Assembly (NCBI GenBank): GCA_002269645.1
Contig: NIVC01000032.1
Location: 1-64,000, forward strand
From: Macrostomum lignano
Taxonomy: Eukaryota
Reading direction: 5' to 3'
Length of the DNA: 64,000 bases
Shown here: positions 1 to 11,682 of the stretch, piece after piece
Layout of the letters: every line of letters starts with the position of its first letter
How positions within the stretch are numbered: position 1 is the stretch's first letter
Translations under genes and position numbers: made by a program
The notes under the pieces: model-generated
Told to the model about the DNA's origin: nothing
Databases searched by the model: none
Seen by the model: only the letters and a program-made list of their open reading frames with translations

Positions 1-858
1 CTTTTATTTTGGAAAAGGAGGCTGCAAACATTCTAGGAAAACAGTTAAACATCTGTCGACTACATTGATGAAATTGCCTGCTGGACTCCAAGCAACTTTC
101 AAAGAAGGCCACGGCGCATTGACAATGCTTGTCATTTCTGAAGGCAACTGAATTCAGACAGTATGTTTTGTATCTGGGTCCTGTACTTTTAAGAGATACA
201 TACCAGAAAAACTTTACAAAAACTTCTTACTTTTGCACTTTGCCGTGTTCTGCTACTCATCGAGAAGTACTCTGAACTTTGGTCTCAAGCAAAAAGTTGT
301 ATCGAAGTCTTTGTAGAGCAATTGTCCAAAATGTTTGGCAAAAAAGCTATCAGCTACAACATTCACGCTCTGCTTCATTTCGACTACTTTGTAAGGAAAT
401 TTGGTAATCTGAACAACTTTTCGACTTTTCCCTTTGAGAACTATCTTGGTTCCATAAAGAGGAAAATTAAAGTCACCAGGCATCCAGCTGCACATGCTGT
501 TGTTCAAGCGCTCAAAGTTCGAAATTTGAATTTGAAGGATCATTGTCTCCCGCCCTTAAAGTACAGCACAAAGAAGGGTGACAACTGCTGCTTCGTTGGT
601 TCGCAGTGTGTGCTAATTCAACACGTGACTATTAACGGCAAAGTGTCAGGTAGAATTCTGCGGCCTACTGAAAGCCTCTATACGTATCCATTCCCTTCGC
701 TGCTTCTTGGAATTGGTGTATATCACCTGACATCCGAGATCACGACTGGACAACCAAGCCGCAAATGTTGGCTCCTACCCCATGCGACTTCGGCAGCAGC
801 TGAGGGCGAGACAGTGGACTCATTCTATGTAATTCCACTAGCAGGGCACGATGAATAG
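1..858 (+). pseudogene. C-terminal part of a CMC-superfamily (EnSpm/CACTA-like) DNA transposase, frameshifted, truncated by window start
   Basis: Piecing frames together gives YIDEIACWTPSNFQRRPR (frame 1, 61-138), KATEFRQYVLYLGPVLL (frame 3 from 141), IPEKLYKNFLLLHFA (frame 2 from 200), then SYNIHALLHFDYFVRKFGNLNNFSTFPFENYLGSIKRK (frame 1, ORF 322-858). KATEFR..LY.GP and YN.H.L.H..V..G.L..S.FPFEN are typical of animal EnSpm-like transposases. At least 3 frameshifts (decay or assembly indels). Confidence 0.75.
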
Positions 859-1316
859 ATTTCTCAGGTAAATATAGTTCATTGGCCTTTCTACTTACTT
901 GTGTCTGTGTTTTATCAATCAATTTAAATAAACACCTGTCAGTAAATTAAAAAAGTTCTAAATTATTATTTAATTATTTAATTAGATTCAATTATCGACT
1001 TTCATTTCTAAAATAATTATGTTAACAGGATCGATAGCGTCATCGACATCTTCCGATTCGTCCTGCGCTGTGTCCCAGAGAAGATGAAGTAAAGCTGTGA
1101 TTCCATAAAGCAGCTAGAACAGCTGGAATTCCATAAAGACTGGAGAGGGCTGATAATAAGTAGAGCCATAAGTTTTCATGGAGTCTTGTGAAAGCCTTCA
1201 CTTCCTATCCTATATACCAAAATGAGTCGTCTGTATGTACAGTATGTATGAATGTTATTTTTAAACCCCCATCTCGATCATTTGTAGAAGTCTGTGTCAC
1301 TGTCAGTGTAACACAA

Positions 1317-1431
1317 ACACACACATATATATATATTATATATATATATATATGTGTGTGTGTATATATATGTACATATATATATATAAAACATATATAT
1401 ATGTGTGTGTGTGTTTGTGTGTATATATATA
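1317..1431. repeat. (TA)n/(TG)n compound microsatellite
   Basis: Runs of ca, ta and tg dinucleotides; these explain ORFs 1188-1607 and 1205-1528. Confidence 0.95.
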
Positions 1432-2430
1432 CTTGTGTTGTTCCCTTGCTCCCCATTAATATTTTATTACCTTTGCGACTTACTGTGTATATTCTTGTTA
1501 ACCTGTGCTTGTGTTGTGAGCCAGCCACAACACAAGTCGTGCTGGTTTCTACGATATCCCACTATGAAAAATCCATGGAACTAGCTCTTGTTGAGGCATC
1601 AAACTAGCTATCGAGACTTTATTTTTAAGCCTCGTATTCTAATTCTATGCTAGATTTCCAGGAATTCGAGGCTGGTTCGAGAATAGTTTGCGAAAACGCT
1701 ACCCTAGAACACCTGGTGTTTCCGTGTCCTTAATATGGCTTGTGTAAAATCCGAGACCTCTCTGTCTCCTTTCTTTATTGCATTTCCTAAGGGAAGCTAA
1801 CAAAGGGGAATCACAGTCACTGAACAAAGTAAGCACTAAGGGTTGCGTAAATACTCGTATGAATTGCGTTTTAGACCGCTTTATTAATCAAGCCATATTG
1901 TTATGAACCCCTTTTCGCGATCGATTCTTCAACTATATAGTTGAGATTATTCTCACTGCTCCCAAAAAATTACTAAGCTAAGGCCCCAAAGCCTTCAAAT
2001 TTGTGCAGACCTTGTGCAGTATGTTTACATCCGAATGCTAAATATTCAAATGAGTGCGTTACTAAGTGTCAAGCTAAATATTACTTTAGAGTTAATCTTC
2101 AAGTTCAATGCTTGGCAGGCTTGTCATTTGAGTATTCGAATTCTCAGTAAAGAGTATTGCAGCTTTTATCTAAAGGCAAATTTCTCAATGACTCGTAAAC
2201 TTGTGCACCCAGGTCAAGTAATTTTCCAAGAAATGCCTTTTCTATTCATCCTGTGTGAGCATTTTTGTAAGAATTAGCTGGTAAAATAAACTGAGTCTTG
2301 CTTTCAATTCCTTGCAATCAATATACATGTACCTATATTTGAAAATGAGGAACCTAATACTTGTGTTGCTTTATTATTGTCAGATTATAGTTTTTAGTAT
2401 ATACATGTTAGGACATAGATAACTTTAATG

Positions 2431-2519
2431 GAGACTCAGATATGAGATTCTAACCGATTATTAGAGCGTGCCAGTCGGTGTCACCCACAAAAAGAATGTC
2501 TCTATCTCAATCAGCTTTC
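2431..2519 (-). repeat. Dispersed, diverged, inverted partial monomer of the 185-bp satellite
   Basis: gagactcagatatgagattcta..ttagagcgtgccagtc..aaagaatgtctctatctcaatcagctttc aligns (roughly 75-80% by eye) to the reverse complement of the satellite unit. Confidence 0.8.
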
Positions 2520-4470
2520 GACTTCGAGATTTTTGAAGGGCGCTTATGCTTTCGCAGTTTTTGTACAGATGTTAAGAAACGGCGAATGCAACTGCTTGTT
2601 ATTCTGAGTCTGTTTGAAATATCTGATACCATTTATTTTTCGTAACTTGTGATACGGTATACATGTATATAATTAAGCCAATATATACCAAAGCTCTATA
2701 CGAAAGAACAAAGCAAACCAAACAAAGATTTCCTAGCTCTGCTTCTCCCCTCTTCCCCTTAAGAGTGGTGTGCCACGATTTGCATGGATTTGGCCTTAAA
2801 AAATCGGGATACCGAACCGAAGCAACTGAAGCAGAAATTCGTTTCTGCGTTGTGCCTCTAACGGGCGACAGTGATTAGATTCAAACGGATTTGTTATTAG
2901 CTCGACTCGTATATAGCCTAAAGTTTATGTCAAGATTTCTAGATTGTATATTGGTATTAATTGAAACGTATATCGTTTCCCACAGCTGTTTTGGAATCAT
3001 CAATCAGCTGCTTTGATTTCTCGACTCCGCCCCGAATGCATTTGCCGAAAAAACTACTAGCTTATGCGACTGTGAACTGGCATCATCGATACACAAAGAG
3101 ACTGAAACCTCGAGAACGCTAGCTATAAGTCCGTTTTTTGTTCTGCCTTGCTTTCTTGGTTCTGCTTTGTTGAAGGCCTTCCTAATGTATCAAAACCAAG
3201 ATTTATATCTGTTTAGCTGCATAGCTAACAAAAATCGTGGAAACCCATTCTATTCATGGTCTGAGAACCCTGATCATGCATGGACGACTATATATAAGCA
3301 CCCGGACAGGAAACGGAAAATACATTATTTTTTTCTGTACAACATGGGGCAAAGTTCCTTTCTGAGGAAGAGAGGAGTGGGGGCCCTTCTCCGCAACACT
3401 CTTTCCCTCACGGCATCCCAAACAAGCAAACGCGTACATATCGCGTTCCAGCCTGAAGCCAAAGTGAGCAAGTGCATGAAAAGACAGTGACACAGACTGT
3501 GGGGTTGTACATTGACAAGTGGTTTGAATAAGGATAACTGTTGCCTTTTCTCCTCGATTGCACTATAATTTAGTGACTCTAAAACGTTATTTATCTGCAT
3601 TTTTTCACCAACTGTTTGCTGATTATTTTAAATTGCCAATCCTGCATAAATAAACAGTGCCGAATTCTGAAATAGTAGTTATTGGCATTGGCATGTCATC
3701 AATAAATGAGATTCTGTCTTGCGCTCAAAACTTATTTTCCATGATTGATTCTTTTGGTGGCTGAGGAACGGACTGGCTGGGGGAAGAAAGAATGCCCTCA
3801 TCTTGTACAGGCGGCAATTTCGCTTTCAGTCCAGTAGAATCTAGGAGTCCATGGATCGTGCCTGGATCAAACAAAGAGGCTGGAAAAAAAACTTTTTTCT
3901 TATCGGGGGAGTATCGGACGAGACAGTAGGAACCTGGTGGCGTGGCAAAAAAGATGTCGGAAGGAGAAGCTCGAGAGGCTAATAAATTAGATTTTTGCTT
4001 CTAAATGGAAGAAGCAAAAGAGATAAAGGGTTCCGAATGCCGTGGGTATCCTCATGCCCATTTCCAAACATATACAATATAGACAGGTAAAGTGAAGTAA
4101 AAAAGCCTCTAGGACCATAAAAATGGTTTATCTCACCGCTCGATCGATACAGAGCGGGTCTCTTTCTTGGACAGAGCATATGTCCAACAGATACGGCTCT
4201 GTTGGACCAATGCTATACTTTTTGCGGCCTCAGTCATACATATCGGGGGAAGAACCTTCTGTGTTGATTTTTCGTCCCGGCAAGCCTCGAGATTTGGTCT
4301 GTGACTCGAAGAATAAGAACAAAGAGGTTCGGTTGTCTCCAGAGCGGCCAGATGTGGGTCTGCGATCTGTGAAGCATCTGCATTTGGCCCCCTGTCTTTA
4401 GCAAACTCAGCATTGCTTTTCCTGTGCCTGGTCCCCTGGGTCCAGGAAACTGCTTTCTCCTGGTCAAGGA

Positions 4471-4570
4471 AGCTGTATTAGTAGACTTAAACATGAAATT
4501 CTACAGATCACTAGAGCGTATCAGTCGGTGTCATCTGTAGAATTTCATATTTGACTCTAGTAAAACAGCT
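4471..4570. repeat. Imperfect inverted repeat (38-bp arms, 24-nt loop) at the left edge of the satellite
   Basis: Arms 4471-4508 and 4533-4570 pair at 33/38 positions. Confidence 0.9.
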
Positions 4571-7500
4571 TGGCAATTGCTGATTGATTATCCTGGATTT
4601 CCCGTATTTTAATGCATAGAAAATTTTCCGGAATCGCCGCCTTGGAATATCTAGAAAGCAGATTAAGCTAGAGACACGATTCTTTCTAGGGAAGATAGGG
4701 ACTGACACGCTCTAATGATCTGTAGAATCTCATATCTGAGTCTTCTAATACAGCTTGGCAATTGCTGATTGATTTTCGCGAATTTCACCATTTGAATGCA
4801 TTGCAATTTTCTGGAATCGCCTTTTGAATGAATATCTGGAAAGCAGATTAAGCTAGAGACACGATTCTTTCTGGGAAGACAGGGACTGACACGCTCTAAT
4901 GATCTGTAGAATCTCATATCTGAGTCTTCTAATACAGCTTGGCAATTGCTGATTGATTTTCCTGGATTTCCCTTATTTAAATACAATTTTCCGGAATCTC
5001 CGCCTTCGAATATCTGGAAAGCAGATTAAGCTAGAGACACGATTCTTTCTGGGAAGACAGGGACTGACACGCTCTAATGATCTGTAGAATCTCATATCTG
5101 AGTCTTCTAATACAGCTTGGCAATTGCTGATTGATTTTCGCGAATTTCCCATTTGAATGCATTGCAATTTTCGGAATCGCCTTTTGAATGAATATCTGGA
5201 AAGCAGATTAAGCTAGAGACACGATTCTTTCTGGGAAGACAGGGACTGACACGCTCTAATGATCTGTAGAATCTCATATCTGAGTCTTCTAATACAGCTT
5301 GGCAATTGTGATTGATTTTCCTGGATTTCCCTTATTTAAATACATAGAAATTTTCCGGAATCTCCGCCTTCGAATATCTGGAAAGCAGATTAAGCTAGAG
5401 ACACGATTCTTTCTGGGAAGACAGGGACTGACACGCTCTAATGATCTGTAGAATCTCATATCTGAGTCTTCTAATACAGCTTGGCAATTGCTGATTGATT
5501 TTCGCGAATTTCACCATTTGAATGCATTGCAATTTTCTGGAATCGCCTTTTTGAATGAATATCTGGAAAGCAGATTAAGCTAGAGACACGATTCTTTCTG
5601 GGGAAGACAGGGACTGACACGCTCTAATGATCTGTAGAATCTCATATCTGAGTCTTCTAATACAGCTTGGCAATTGCTGATTGATTTTCCTGGATTTCCC
5701 TTATTTAAATACATAGAAATTTTCCGGAATCTCCGCCTTCGAATATCTGGAAAGCAGATTAAGCTAGAGACACGATTCTTTCTAGGGAAGATAGGGACTG
5801 ACACGCTCTAATGATCTGTAGAATCTCATATCTGAGTCTTCTAATACAGCTTGGCAATTGCTGATTGATTTTCGCGAATTTCACCATTTGAATGCATTGC
5901 AATTTTCTGGAATCGCCATTTTTGAATGAATATCTGGAAGCAGATTAAGCTAGAGACACGATTCTTTCTGGGGAAGACAGGGACTGACACGCTCTAATGA
6001 TCTGTAGAATCTCATATCTGAGTCTTCTAATACAGCTTGGCAATTGTGATTGATTTTCCTGGATTTCCCTTATTTAAATACATAGAAATTTTCCGGAATC
6101 TCCGCCTTCGAATATCTGGAAAGCAGATTAAGCTAGAGACACGATTCTTTCTGGGGAAGACAGGGACTGACACGCTCTAATGATCTGTAGAATCTCATAT
6201 CTGAGTCTTCTAATACAGCTTGGCAATTGCTGATTGATTTTCCTGGATTTCCCTTATTTAAATACATAGAAATTTTCCGGAATCTCCGCCTTCGAATATC
6301 TGGAAAGCAGATTAAGCTAGAGACACGATTCTTTCTGGGGAAGACAGGGACTGACACGCTCTAATGATCTGTAGAATCTCATATCTGAGTCTTCTAATAC
6401 AGCTTGGCAATTGCTGATTGATTTTCGCGAATTTCACCATTTGAATGCATTGCAATTTTCTGGAATCGCCGTTTGAATGAATATCTGGAAGGCAGATTAA
6501 GCTAGAGACACGATTCTTTCTGGGGAAGACAGGGACTGACACGCTCTAATGATCTGTAGAATCTCATATCTGAGTCTTCTAATACAACTTGGCAATTGCT
6601 GATTGATTTTCGCGAATTTCACCATTTAAATGCATGCAATTTTCTGGAATCGCCATTTTTGAATGAATATCTGGAAAGCAGATTAAGCTAGAGACACGAT
6701 TCTTTCTGGGGAAGACAGGGACTGACACGCTCTAATGATCTGTAGAATCTCATATCTGAGTCTTCTAATACAGCTTGGCAATTGCTGATTGATTTTCCTG
6801 GATTTCCCTTATTTAAATACATAGAAATTTTCCGGAATCTCCGCCTTCGAATATCTGGAAAGCAGATTAAGCTAGAGACACGATTCTTTCTGGGAAGATA
6901 GGGACTGACACGCTCTAATGATCTGTAGAATCTCATATCTGAGTCTTCTAATACAGCTTGGCAATTGCTGATTGATTTTCGCGAATTTCACATTTGAATG
7001 CATTGCAATTTTCTGGAATCGCCATTTTTGAATGAATATCTGGAAAGCAGATTAAGCTAGAGACACGATTCTTTCTAGGGAAGACAGGGACTGACACGCT
7101 CTAATGATCTGTAGAATCTCATATCTGAGTCTTCTAATACAGCTTGGCAATTGCTGATTGATTTTCGCGAATTTCACCATTTGAATGCATTGCAATTTTC
7201 TGGAATCGCCATTTTTGAATGAATATCTGGAAGCAGATTAAGCTAGAGACACGATTCTTTCTGGGGAAGACAGGGACTGACACGCTCTAATGATCTGTAG
7301 AATCTCATATCTGAGTCTTCTAATACAGCTTGGCAATTGTGATTGATTTTCCTGGATTTCCCTTATTTAAATACATAGAAATTTTCCGGAATCTCCGCCT
7401 TCGAATATCTGGAAAGCAGATTAAGCTAGAGACACGATTCTTTCTAGGGAAGATAGGGACTGACACGCTCTAATGATCTGTAGAATCTCATATCTGAGTC

Positions 7501-10500
7501 TTCTAATACAGCTTGGCAATTGCTGATTGATTTTCGCGAATTTCACCATTTGAATGCATTGCAATTTTCTGGAATCGCCATTTTTGAATGAATATCTGGA
7601 AGCAGATTAAGCTAGAGACACGATTCTTTCTGGGAAGACAGGGACTGACACGCTCTAATGATCTGTAGAATCTCATATTGAGTCTTCTAATACAGCTTGG
7701 CAATTTGTGATTGATTTTCCTGGATTTCCCTTATTTAAATACATAGAAATTTTCCGGAATCTCCGCCTTCGAATATCTGGAAAGCAGATTAAGCTAGAGA
7801 CACGATTCTTTCTGGGAAGACAGGGACTGACACGCTCTAATGATCTGTAGAATCTCATATCTGAGTCTTCTAATACAGCTTGGCAATTGCTGATTGATTT
7901 TCCTGGATTTCCCTTATTTAAATACATAGAAATTTTCCGGAATCTCCGCCTTCGAATATCTGGAAAGCAGATTAAGCTAGAGACACGATTCTTTCTGGGA
8001 AGACAGGGACTGACACGCTCTAATGATCTGTAGAATCTCATATTGAGTCTTCTAATACAGCTTGGCAATTGCTGATTGATTTTCGCGAATTTCACCATTT
8101 GAATGCATTGCAATTTTCTGGAATCGCCTTTTTGAATGAATATCTGGAAGCAGATTAAGCTAGAGACACGATTCTTTCTGGGGAAGACAGGGACTGACAC
8201 GCTCTAATGATCTGTAGAATCTCATATCTGAGTCTTCTAATACAGCTTGGCAATTGCTGATTGATTTTCGCGAATTTCACCATTTGAATGCATTGCAATT
8301 TTCTGGAATCGCCATTTTTGAATGAATATCTGGAAAGCAGATTAAGCTAGAGACACGATTCTTTCTAGGGAAGACAGGGACTGACACGCTCTAATGATCT
8401 GTAGAATCTCATATCTGAGTCTTCTAATACAGCTTGGCAATTGTGATTGATTTTCCTGGATTTCCCTTATTTAAATACATAGAAATTTTCCGGAATCTCC
8501 GCCTTCGAATATCTGGAAAGCAGATTAAGCTAGAGACACGATTCTTTCTAGGGAAGATAGGGACTGACACGCTCTAATGATCTGTAGAATCTCATATCTG
8601 AGTCTTCTAATACAGCTTGGCAATTGCTGATTGATTTTCGCGAATTTCACCATTTGAATGCATTGCAATTTTCTGGAATCGCCATTTTTGAATGAATATC
8701 TGGAAAGCAGATTAAGCTAGAGACACGATTCTTTCTGGAAAGACAGGGACTGACACGCTCTAATGATCTGTAGAATCTCATATTGAGTCTTCTAATACAG
8801 CTTGGCAATTTGTGATTGATTTTCCTGGATTTCCCTTATTTAAATACATAGAAATTTTCCGGAATCTCCGCCTTCGAATATCTGGAAAGCAGATTAAGCT
8901 AGAGACACGATTCTTTCTGGGGAAGACAGGGACTGACACGCTCTAATGATCTGTAGAATCTCATATCTGAGTCTTCTAATACAGCTTGGCAATTGCTGAT
9001 TGATTTTCCTGGATTTCCCTTATTTAAATACATAGAAATTTTCCGGAATCTCCGCCTTCGAATATCTGGAAAGCAGATTAAGCTAGAGACACGATTCTTT
9101 CTGGGAAGATAGGGACTGACACGCTCTAATGATCTGTAGAATCTCATATCTGAGTCTTCTAATACAGCTTGGCAATTGCTGATTGATTTTCGCGAATTTC
9201 ACCATTTGAATGCATTGCAATTTTCTGGAATCGCCATTTTTGAATGAATATCTGGAAGCAGATTAAGCTAGAGACACGATTCTTTCTAGGGAAGATAGGG
9301 ACTGACACGCTCTAATGATCTGTAGAATCTCATATCTGAGTCTTCTAATACAGCTTGGCAATTGTGATTGATTTTCCTGGATTTCCCTTATTTAAATACA
9401 TAGAAATTTTCCGGAATCTCCGCCTTCGAATATCTGGAAAGCAGATTAAGCTAGAGACACGATTCTTTCTAGGGAAGATAGGGACTGACACGCTCTAATG
9501 ATCTGTAGAATCTCATATCTGAGTCTTCTAATACAGCTTGGCAATTGTGATTGATTTTCGCGAATTTCACCATTTGAATGCATTGCAATTTTCTGGAATC
9601 GCCATTTTTGAATGAATATCTGGAAAGCAGATTAAGCTAGAGACACGATTCTTTCTGGGGAAGACAGGGACTGACACGCTCTAATGATCTGTAGAATCTC
9701 ATATCTGAGTCTTCTAATACAGCTTGGCAATTTGTGATTGATTTTCCTGGATTTCCCTTATTTAAATACATAGAAATTTTCCGGAATCTCCGCCTTCGAA
9801 TATCTGGAAAGCAGATTAAGCTAGAGACACGATTCTTTCTAGGGAAGACAGGGACTGACACGCTCTAATGATCTGTAGAATCTCATATCTGAGTCTTCTA
9901 ATACAGCTTGGCAATTGCTGATTGATTTTCGCGAATTTCACCATTTGAATGCATTGCAATTTTCTGGAATCGCCGTTTTTGAGTGAATATCTGGAAAGCA
10001 GATTAAGCTAGAGACACGATTCTTTCTGGGGAAGACAGGGACTGACACGCTCTAATGATCTGTAGAATCTCATATCTGAGTCTTCTAATACAGCTTGGCA
10101 ATTTGTGATTGATTTTCCTGGATTTCCCTTATTTAAATACATAGAAATTTTCCGGAATCTCCGCCTTCGAATATCTGGAAAGCAGATTAAGCTAGAGACA
10201 CGATTCTTTCTGGGGAAGATAGGGACTGACACGCTCTAATGATCTGTAGAATCTCATATTTGAGTCTTCTAATACAGCTTGGCAATTTGTGATTGATTTT
10301 CGCGAATTTCACCATTTGAATGCATTGCAATTTTCTGGAATCGCCGTTTTTGAATGAATATCTGGAAAGCAGATTAAGCTAGAGACACGATTCTTTCTGG
10401 GGAAGACAGGGACTGACACGCTCTAATGATCTGTAGAATCTCATATCTGAGTCTTCTAATACAGCTTGGCAATTGCTGATTGATTTTCGCGAATTTCACC

Positions 10501-10872
10501 ATTTGAATGCATTGCAATTTTCTGGAATCGCCATTTTTGAATGAATATCTGGAAAGCAGATTAAGCTAGAGACACGATTCTTTCTGGGGAAGACAGGGAC
10601 TGACACGCTCTAATGATCTGTAGAATCTCATATCTGAGTCTTCTAATACAGCTTGGCAATTTGTGATTGATTTTCCTGGATTTCCCTTATTTAAATACAT
10701 AGAAATTTTCCGGAATCTCCGCCTTCGAATATCTGGAAAGCAGATTAAGCTAGAGACACGATTCTTTCTAGGGAAGATAGGGACTGACACGCTCTAATGA
10801 TCTGTAGAATCTCATATCTGAGTCTTCTAATACAGCTTGGCAATTTCTGATTGTTCTTACTGGATTTCCCAT
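4533..10872 (+). repeat. ~185-bp tandem satellite, about 34 units, two subtypes (A/B)
   Basis: The shared core gatctgtagaatctcatatctgagtcttctaatacagcttggcaattg recurs every ~185 bp. The variable segment is A (cctggatttcccttatttaaatac...) or B (cgcgaatttcaccatttgaatgc...). Confidence 0.98.
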
Positions 10873-11682
10873 TTAAGAATTGATGACGACACTCATAAAG
10901 CAGAAATTTAAAAAATCATCAAAGTTTCATTTCGTAGTTACCTACTTTCAGTAGCATTTATTGAAAAATTCTTGGCTGAAAGATTCTGAAAAAGCTACTT
11001 TTTTGCCGAGAATGATTTTGATAACATACGAGCGTATTATTTCTTGAAATGAGGTTATAGACTTGAAAATTGTTCAACAAATAAAAATGGAGATCCAGGA
11101 ACATAAAATTACTAATAATAGACCCTAGACTTATGAAAAGCGTGTTTTTTTACACAGTGCCCCCCACTCTGCGCCCTCTCGATAGTAAGTAGTACAGTGA
11201 AAATTGTGAAAAACTCGGCGTCGAAATTTCGATGTTCTGGCGCCCAGCGCCATCTGTTGGACCGGGCGCCAGTGCACCACTGGGTTCCTTTTCCCCAATA
11301 ATTACGAGCCTATGAAAAGGTCAACCCAAGTTAGAATATTGGGATTTATCGCGTCACATTGAAAAGAGATTATAACATGTACGCATCAGTAGAATACGCT
11401 CGTAGGACTAAAACAAGGGGTCGCAATCGCAGCAAAAGACAAAAATCGAAATTATGTGTTATCTCTTTAAACAGTAATTTCTTAGTTCAAATGTGATTAA
11501 ATAGTTATCAATTATCAGTTTTCCTAGCTACGAGCGTACTCGTATAACTAAATTAAATAACTTCCGCATTGACAAATCGAGAAAGTATGAACTCTTTCTC
11601 TCTTTCTTTCTTTCTAGGCGAATGAATGTTTTCTGTGAAAATCAATCAATTTGCAAACTTAGCCTCCGTCTGATTAGCACAT

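Noticed and set aside
4533-10872. CRISPR-like constant-repeat/variable-spacer look, and many repeated ORFs
   Set aside because: Only two alternative 'spacers', a 185-bp period, no cas genes and a eukaryotic context; the ORFs are repeat translations.
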